From: Okamejei kenojei
Lineage: Eukaryota
Length of the DNA stretch: 64,000 nucleotides
Direction of reading: 5' to 3'
Assembly: GCA_035221665.1 (NCBI GenBank)
Contig: CM069143.1
Location: 41,354,001 to 41,418,000, forward strand
A program made the position numbers and the translations under genes. Every line of letters starts with the position of its first letter. Position 1 is the first letter of the stretch. Of the stretch, positions 55,580-64,000 are shown in pieces. The notes beneath the pieces were generated by a model that searched no databases, was not told where the DNA came from, and saw only the letters and a program-made list of their open reading frames with translations.

Positions 55580-55660
55580 CTAGCCATCAGTTAAGGGTGA
55601 TAGATAAAAGTCATCTTTGCACAATGTGCTAATGTTCATTGCAGATCATCATATGGCTAG
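55580..55660 (-). ncRNA. Box C/D snoRNA of the U83/U84 family, copy 2 (DKC1 intron 11)
   Basis: CTAGCCA/TGGCTAG stem, C box ATGATGA, ATCTATCACCCTTAA-CTGA. Confidence 0.85.
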
Positions 55661-55702
55661 ATCACCTGGTTCCCATCCACTGTCCAAACAAACGTGGCTT
55701 AC

Positions 55703-55821
55703 CTTCGGCCCCAGGCCCCACTTACGTGGGTAGGTGTCCCGTTCCATGATAACACGTTTGATCTTTGCCACCACACCATGGTCACATGTCGATATTACTG
55801 CCGTCGTCATTAATGCAACAC
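55703..55821 (-). CDS. DKC1: Dyskerin exon 11 ([15 protein letters not shown]...RKWGLGPK)
   Basis: 119 nt, AG/GT boundaries. Confidence 0.97.
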
Positions 55822-56036
55822 CTAATACCAGAGGAAAACCAAAAATTAACATACTTGAGCCTGAAGAATTTCTTTAACCAAAACTAAAAAATGTCAATCT
55901 GTGAGCCACTCGTGCAGACGAGCTGAAGTATTTGAGCAACAGTTAATAGTGAAAATCTAAAACAACAAGGAAAGTGATTTCCTAAATACATTAAACAACA
56001 CAATTTAATGATATTCAAATGAAATCGGTCAATTCA

Positions 56037-56219
<183 letters not shown>

Positions 56220-56748
56220 TTAGAAACAAGCTTCTGACTTCTTCAAAACATGGACACGGAGTCATGCCATTAATTATCTATATTTCCCCCTCAAATTTGA
56301 CCTCCCAAGTGCTACAACCTGCCGTGTACAGTGCTCCTAATTTACCCATTCCCTTCCAAATAGTAGTAAATCCCTGTCTCAAAGAATCATCTCCAATAAC
56401 TTGCCTACTACTAATATGAAGCTCACCATCCTATAATTTCCTGGATTCTCTGCCTCCCTTCCTAAAAATGGAACATTAGCTACTCTTCAATCCTTGCGGG
56501 ACCTAGTCTGCGGCTGGAGTAGGCGCAAAGATCTTTGTCAAGGCTTCCGCAATCTCATCTCTTGCCATTCTGAATAACATGGAATATATCCCGAAGCCCT
56601 CAGGGAATCATCCACCTTGATGTTCTCAAGAGCCCCACACTACAATCTCAAACTGCGCTTGCTATTAGTATTCTCCACAATGATCTCACTGTCCTCCATA
56701 CCCGTCTCCTTGGCGAAAATAGATGCAGGCAGATTCGCCTCTACTTAC

Positions 56749-56892
56749 TGCACTGTCCTTCATAACGATCCGTTTATGGGTTGCCATCAACTTTTCAAGA
56801 GGTAATATGACACGCCGTAGATAGGTTTCATCCTTGTTGTGGTCATATTGCCACTGAGCATCCAACACATCATGCATTGTTACCATATTGTC
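56749..56892 (-). CDS. DKC1: Dyskerin exon 9 ([14 protein letters not shown]...VMKDSA)
   Basis: 144 nt, AG/GT boundaries. Confidence 0.97.
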
Positions 56893-56951
56893 CTGAAGTT
56901 AGAGCAAGAACTTAAGATTACCAACACAAAAATAAACCATTGACCATATAC

Positions 56952-57088
56952 AACTGTTAGCCAGGGGTCTCCTGGTGGGAGCAGGCACATACACAGCCAC
57001 CATGTACAAAAACCCCTGGCCTTTACTTTCCCAAAGTATAATTACCAGAACAGGAGTAGGAACCTGCACTGAACTCAACACTTTGGGG
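56952..57088 (-). ncRNA. SNORA36: Box H/ACA snoRNA SNORA36 (DKC1 intron 8)
   Basis: 5' hairpin CCAAAGTGTTGAGTTCAGT...TAATTATACTTTGG, H box AAAGTA, second hairpin, ACA plus 3 nt; same intron as in human. Confidence 0.9.
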
Positions 57089-57185
57089 GGGAGGGGAAAC
57101 AGAATAAAATTAAACACAAGCAAGCTGAAAATCATTTGGGTATCACCTGGCTTTCAAAATTATATTCAAAAATCACCAGATTTTA

Positions 57186-57356
<171 letters not shown>

Positions 57357-57517
57357 TTACTACAGAAAACATTACAGCATTAAAATGAAAGGCTGTAGGA
57401 AGGAATCGGGTAAGGAGTAATGTTATGGAGTTTATGTAATAGAGAAAAGATTATTCAAAGGGCAGAAAATCATGACAGTAACTGCCATTTTCAGGCTGGT
57501 GTGTGTATGTATGTGTG

Positions 57518-57521
<4 letters not shown>

Positions 57522-57580
<59 letters not shown>
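57522..57580. repeat. (TA)n microsatellite
   Basis: Direct reading. Confidence 0.95.
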
Positions 57581-57593
<13 letters not shown>

Positions 57594-58183
57594 CAAGATT
57601 GGATATTTAATTAATTACATCTGTAACTGTCGATTCATTAGAGCACATTACATCTAAGTTCACAAAATAAGCTAAAAAATGATACTGGGCGAATGTAGAA
57701 AAAAATTAAATGATTTTATTTGGGAGAACAAAGACTTTTTAAATGCTACAAAAAGGCCAAATGGTTTTGTAAAGTGGGACACCATAATATTTGTATATTA
57801 AACAAATGTGCAGATGCAGCATGAAAGGCATATTAACCTGTTTTGTAAAGGTGGATGAAGCACAAGGGTAAAAAGGTTTTGCTGCAACATCACAAAACGT
57901 TAGCAAGACCACACCCAGAAAATAGAGTACAGTTTGAGTCTCTGCACCAGAAATAGGTATTCTTGCCCTGGAAACAGTAGAGCCCTGATCAGAACAGGTC
58001 CTTGAATGAGAACATTGTGTACGCTACACCCAAGCTTACTGGTTTTCCACTTTACCCAAAGCAGTTTGTGGAACAAAATTGTACTATGTAGTACTTGAGA
58101 CAATACAATTACATTTGCATTAACCAAACTAGATACTTTTGAGTTGCTTAAAATCTCCATGTTTAAATATTCACATGGTGCAA

Positions 58184-58262
58184 TGGCCATCAGTCAAGGG
58201 TGATAGATGTGAGTCATCTTGGCACAGCGTGCTCAATTCATCAACTTAGCATCATGTGGCCA
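58184..58262 (-). ncRNA. Box C/D snoRNA of the U83/U84 (SNORD117/SNORD84) family, copy 1 (DKC1 intron 7)
   Basis: TGGCCA terminal stem, C box ATGATGC, ATCTATCACCCTTGA-CTGA D element. Confidence 0.85.
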
Positions 58263-59312
58263 GAAAGCAGCTCAAATCTTTCACATCATTTTTAGCAATT
58301 GACCTTTGTGACATCAAAGTCACAAAACCACATTCTTGTTACTTTCAGATGCAACTATATCTGTGCTTTGCTAATCCACCAGTCATCATACAATTTTATG
58401 CTCATTACTAAACTACATCGCTTGTGTCTTGGCTCTTACTACCCATTCACCAGTTGTTTCAACTTCGTATCCAGTAAACTAATGGCATTCTACCTAATGG
58501 AAGGATTCACACCTTTAGTGGTCGGATACAAAAAGCGTCCGAGCCATGATACCATGATTTAAAATGCTATAAACCACCATACCCATGTCTCTTCGATTTT
58601 CTCAAAGTGATAGTGCAGCAGCTAGAATTGCAGCAGAATCTGACCTGGTTGATGGAAATATGAGCAGAATCTACAGGATTAGAGTCAATTGGTGTTTTGA
58701 TGGTTTGCATGTATTTGGGTTAAAGGCTTTTTCCCCCCCATGTTGTACAAATCAGAGAAAAAGCCCCTTCAGCCCATGCCAACCTTTTTGCCCATTGACA
58801 CCAAATCCATTGGACAGATATTAGGACAGGATTCAATTTTGCCTTTAAGGATCTACGACTGCTTCATTGCATGACTTAGGACTGCATGGCAGAAATATTG
58901 TGCCTAGAATACAAAGCTTGCAACAATCTCCCTGAACCATGTCCCAAGACATATCCTAAAATCTGATAGTGCTTAAGGTCAACAGGTGGTTCCACAAATA
59001 AATATCTTTATAATTGTATTTGCAAGTGACCAGTAGCCATTCATAACAAATGGCAAGAATAGTCAGAAAATTTCAGGACAGCTTGGGAGCAAGGCTGGAT
59101 TCCTTTGTGTGGTCATTCAGACTGGTTCACTTCATGGGATATCTGCGGCGGTGCTGCCCTCAGGACTACATAGACGTTAAAGGTAAGTGCAATCCAGGAC
59201 AGTTCCATACTGAAGTATAATATTGCCCATTGATAAACAAGCTTCTATGTAACTTTGCTCATAATTCCTGTAGCTCAGTATCAGAATTGTGCAGCGAGAA
59301 GTGCATTTAAAT

Positions 59313-59937
59313 CAGACCTGCTGAGGAAATCTGTATTTTTACGCGGTGCCATTTTGCTGAAAAAAGTGTTTTATGTGCGGTCATACTCATGTAAGAGTTC
59401 AAGAATGCATAACTTTGCTACCAATTGACACGTCTTCTACGCACCTTACTCGACAGTGCATTCATTGCCATCTCTTTGTATACTGCCGTTTGAAGGGCTG
59501 CTTCATGCTTTTAGCACCAGATGATGTAGAAGCCATTTTGGAAGCCTCCCTCACTCTCTCCCTCCCTCCTTTTTTCCTCCGTCCCTCTTTTATTCCCTCC
59601 CTCCCTCTCCCCAGTCTGACCCATAGCGCTATGTGTAAAGGCAATAACGCTCCAGCTAAACTGACAGCGCTGTTTAAACCTGGAGCGGGACAGGCAGAGA
59701 TCAAAGCTTACAAAAATAATCTTGAAATTTAAAATACTAATAGTTTTAATCTGCTATAATTTTTAGTTACAGTTTTCTCCTTTTGATATCCTTGCAGTTT
59801 TTAAAGCAGCAAGATGAAACAGGAAGTCGGGCCGATTACAAAAAAAACCCCGTATTTTACAAAGCAAATCCGTACAACCGTATTCTTGTCGCATTTCCGT
59901 ACAAAATACGAAAAATCCGTACTACTTGGCAGCTCTG
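59313..59937. mobile_element. Non-autonomous DNA transposon, family A
   Basis: Same internal sequence; flanked by TTAAAT on both sides. Confidence 0.85.
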
Positions 59938-59960
59938 TTAAATGTTTTTCAGACTACTCA

Positions 59961-60158
<198 letters not shown>

Positions 60159-60389
60159 TTAACAATAATTGTTCTGTTAAAATTTTCATTTTTAGCTATT
60201 ACTGAGTGGACATTTTCATGCAAAATAATAAAGAACTCGTTTCTGCCCCAAATGTCACAGTATGGGTGGACTTAGAATCAACTACATAGGTTTACGAATA
60301 AAGCTACAGCATTAAACATGCATTGTGGAAAAGTCAATCAGAAACCCCCGCGTTGACTCAGTTAAACCCAATTAGAAATACTTATGGAC

Positions 60390-60625
60390 GTGATCAGATA
60401 TATCACTCATCTTTAAGAGTGGGAGCATAAAATGCTGCCAACCCTGACAAACCATCTCGCATTCACATACACCTAATCAGGCACCAGTAACTTCTCAGCA
60501 GAACGCCAAGATGATATGGCACAAGATAGATGCAATTCACACTGACCCTAAAACAGGAATCAGCATGCAGTGAAGCGAGTGGTTTGCATTTCTCAGCGAA
60601 TGGATAAACTTACTCATCATTTCAC
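60390..60625 (-). ncRNA. SNORD17: Long box C/D snoRNA SNORD17 (DKC1 intron 6)
   Basis: GTGAA-ATGATGA...AGTTTATCCATTCG-CTGA ... AAAGATGAGTG...CTGA-TCAC; 236 nt; terminal stem; guide complementary to 28S UGAAUGGAUGAAC. Confidence 0.88.
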
Positions 60626-60957
60626 GTACACAATATCAAGGCCCAGATGATTATTGATATAACATGACGAACATATACAAGATATCAGCAATATTGGAAA
60701 ATGTGAATACTGAGATGTAGGCAAATTGGGAATTTCAATCGTGCTACTGAAGCACATTTACGATACGATAAAATTTTATTCCCCGGAGGCCCAATTACTC
60801 CCCAACATTATGTTAAGAGTAATTTGCTGAAATCAGTTCACAGTAAGCCACACAAAACCTATATATACCCATGAATTATAACGCCAGACAACTTCAGAAT
60901 CTCAAACAAGCTACGCTTTTGATCTGCAATTATTTTTTAAGATTCAAACATACTCAC

Positions 60958-61022
60958 CCGACTAAGCTGAAGTTCACTTTCAATAGCATTGTGCAGCCGA
61001 ACAATTCCCACATACTCTTTGC
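60958..61022 (-). CDS. DKC1: Dyskerin exon 6 (KEYVGIVRLHNAIESELQLSR)
   Basis: 65 nt, AG/GT boundaries. Confidence 0.96.
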
Positions 61023-61303
61023 CTACAATTAACAGCAAAAGAGTTGTCAGGAGAGGCCACGTCAGTTACTGTATCTCAAATTAAGAGTTTGAGAAACTCA
61101 AGATCATTTATAAGACCCCTTCCCTTTATCGCACACCCCAAACCCACTTAGGCGAAGATGACTGTACACACAAAAAAAAGTGCGCAATTGTACCAAAAAC
61201 CAACACAGTTTATCAAAATTACAAAACTTTAGTATTAGGTTGAAACTTCAATTACTATTAGTTGTTCATATTACAGAAGCAAATATGAGAAATCGGTAAT
61301 TCA

Positions 61304-61555
<252 letters not shown>

Positions 61556-61913
61556 TCACCGGTATCTCCCTGTTTTTTTTTCAATAGTTAATTAATGACA
61601 GCACCCATTTAAATAGTGCCTTTGATATACACGGTTTGAAAGTCAGAAGGGCACTAGTTACAAATAATGTGGCTGGGTTAAGTGTGTTTCGTTTAGAGAG
61701 AGAAAAAAACTTGGTTTGCCAATACAGAAGACAAGAAAATTCAAGTTACATATTGCAGCAACCCAAGGAACAACAGTCAAGAAATGTGGGACATCGAAAC
61801 AATGCTGTCAATGAGCAATGCATGGATGAGTAACAGCAGTGGCCTCAGATCCCATATGGGATGAGAGGCAATAGGTAGCATTGCTTGTTGTTCCATGGCA
61901 ATGAGTGCTTGAT

Positions 61914-62057
61914 AACATAGAAACATAGAAATTAGGTGCAGGAGTAGGCATTCGGCCCTTCGAGCCTGCACTGCCATTCAATATGATCATGGCTGATCAT
62001 CCAACTCAGTATCCCGTACCTGCCTTCTCTCCATACCCCCTGATCCCCTTCGCCACA
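61914..62057 (-). mobile_element. CR1 3' UTR fragment
   Basis: AACATAGAAACATAG tail; matches 15950-16088. Confidence 0.85.
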
Positions 62058-62128
62058 ACAAAACTAAATCCAATGAATTCAACAGTGTCAAGAGTATGCA
62101 GTCACATCAAGAGGATGAGAAAAGATTA

Positions 62129-62939
62129 CCGTATTTCCCGGCAATGAAGACACTATTTTTTACCCAAAAATAAGGCATGAAAATTTACCTCTTGGAGGCC
62201 GAAGGTTAGGTTTCTAGTCAAGAAAGATGGACTTGGCTATCCCTCATTGTTGGCAGCTGATGGGAAGCGACTGTAAAAGGACAGCGCCGCTGGGGGGGGG
62301 GCGGGGAGAAAGAGTTCCTTTCACAGCGTGTGGGAAGTCTGGCCTGGGTCAGCACGGCCTGGGCTCCACAAATTGGCTGGGCCGTCAGGGGTAAAATTGC
62401 GGAGAGGGCAGGAGCTTTGAGAAGGAGGTCGGGAATCATGCCAGCAACTCACTCATGCTGCCATGTAGCTTGGGAAGCTGCAAGCGGCCGGTAGCTACTG
62501 GGTGGAAGACTGGCCGCTCCATCCTGGGCTCACTCTCACTATTGGTCCCGGGGAAGAGGACCTGGGCGCAACAGCCAGACCTGTGGCGAGCCGACCTGGG
62601 CGCTAGCCAGTCTCGTGACACGCAGGCGACCTCGGAACTGCAGCCATTCACAGGGCAATCGAGCCGACCTGGGAACTGCAGCCATTCACGGGGCACGCAG
62701 CCGACCTGGGCGCTACAGCCAGTCCCGGAGCTCGCAGGCGACCCGGGAACTGAAGCCAGTCCCGGGGATGCGAGGGATCTGGGAACTGCAGCTAGTCCCG
62801 GGGCACGCAGGTGATGTTGCCGACCCCTGGACTAAAACAAACCCTTGATCCTGTTCCACCACCCTTTTTTCAAAATTTAGCAACGTAAATTGGGGGTGCG
62901 TCTTCCACGCAGATGCGTTTTCATTGCCGGGAAATACGG
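62129..62939. mobile_element. Tc1/mariner-pogo-type non-autonomous element with internal GC-rich tandem repeats
   Basis: TIR CCGTATTTCCCGGCAATGAA, TA TSD; repeats of GCCGACCTGGGAACTGCAGCCA at about 62570-62810. Confidence 0.85.
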
Positions 62940-63249
62940 TACTTTTGCTGCAATTAATCAGATTATTTGTTATTTGGATCATAGATCGGAGGTACAATCG
63001 CAGAAATTAAATCAAGGAGTTCAAGTGCCGATTTTAAGACCATGCAAATTTGAAACATGAAGTTTGGGGTGGATGAAGTGAGAAAACACGAAACAGCTAA
63101 AATTATCCAGCTTCATTGGTTGCAATATCCCTGCAAAACGCATTCCAGACGTTGTGCAACTAACATCAAAATCGTTTTTGTCGTCAAGCACCTCACAAAC
63201 TGGAAGGGTGGCTCGGATGTGCAAATGTTTGGTTCGGTGTATAACTTAC

Positions 63250-63341
63250 CTTACGTAGTCAGCGATTTCCCTCTTGAGAGGCGAGCAGCCATTCGGAATG
63301 GGTGTGTAATGGGCCGTTCGTACATTAAGTTTGTCAAAATT
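63250..63341 (-). CDS. DKC1: Dyskerin exon 4 ([31 protein letters not shown])
   Basis: 92 nt, conserved DKCLD domain. Confidence 0.97.
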
Positions 63342-63587
63342 CTGTAATACAATGATTATATTGAAGATAACTTGTATCCAGTAATGACCCCAAGTATTCC
63401 TAAATTCCCCCAGAAGCAATAAACAAAATTAATATGCAGGTGAATGATGCAGCCAAATTACATACAGGAGAGCTCCACAAGTTGGCAACATTAGCTCAAC
63501 GGCTATGGCATCTTAGGTTCAAATAAGTTAGTTTTTAAAACTAACAATCAAACTTTACATTACATCCACACATGTGGGTGAGCTTAC

Positions 63588-63674
63588 CTTCAGCAACAAT
63601 GGCCAATGAGATGTGTCTAACTTTACTGTCTTTGATTCTGGTGCAATTAGAAAGTCCGTCGCTTGCTGGATGTC
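63588..63674 (-). CDS. DKC1: Dyskerin exon 3 ([29 protein letters not shown])
   Basis: 87 nt, AG/GT boundaries, matches dyskerin. Confidence 0.96.
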
Positions 63675-64000
63675 CTGGAAATTGAAGACATTTTGAAACG
63701 CCGTTAAATTTGCACCAGCCACAAAGGATGCCATAATATATACCGGGACAGTACAAAAATGCATCCAAAACGGCAGCAGAACATCATTGAGTGGGAGAAC
63801 CATCATAAACCAGGAACTGAAGATGCTGGTTTACAATCAGTCACAAAGCGCTTGAGTAACTCAGCAGGTCAGGCAGCATCTCTGTAGAATACAATTAGGT
63901 GACACCGTGTCATCTGCATAATTACTGACAATGTTAGCTACATTGTCTTCAATGTACATAACAGCAGTGGGCCCAGTACTGGTCCTTGCAGCACTTGTAC

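Noticed and set aside
57900-58190. ORF ending IFWVWSC suggesting a duplicated DKC1 exon 8
   Set aside because: It is the antisense reading of a decayed CR1 fragment
61067-61190. Two-hairpin-plus-ACA candidate H/ACA RNA in DKC1 intron 5
   Set aside because: No ANANNA H box in the hinge; stems rely on many G-U pairs
62436-62997. Cluster of GC-rich short ORFs and tandem repeats (CRISPR-like or coding?)
   Set aside because: Internal minisatellite of a TA-flanked non-autonomous transposon; no unique spacers, eukaryotic context

Overview
Vertebrate genomic DNA. The repeat content (CR1 LINEs, HE1-like SINEs, Penelope-derived palindromes) suggests a cartilaginous fish, probably a skate or ray; this is inference. 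Two convergent genes lie tail to tail, as at human Xq28. On the + strand is the MAGUK gene MPP1/p55 (PDZ-SH3-HOOK-GUK; 11 core coding exons at 11977-41423). On the - strand are DKC1/dyskerin exons 3 to last (63674 down to 48629); exons 1-2 lie beyond the window. DKC1 introns host five recognisable snoRNAs: SNORA36, SNORA56, SNORD17 and two U83/U84 (SNORD117/SNORD84)-type copies. The rest is mostly transposons: a full-length L1, two Tc1 elements, nested hATs, Helitrons, MITEs and LINE/SINE fragments. The most notable observations are: (1) this MPP1 appears to retain exons homologous to CASK's L27-linker exon and PDZ-SH3 micro-exon, which mammalian MPP1 lacks; (2) C/D snoRNAs sit in DKC1 rather than in their human host genes; (3) DKC1 has an extra Lys-rich exon; (4) Penelope-type minimal hammerhead ribozyme motifs; (5) a templated inverted duplication. 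Comparisons to human sequences are from recall, not from a database search.
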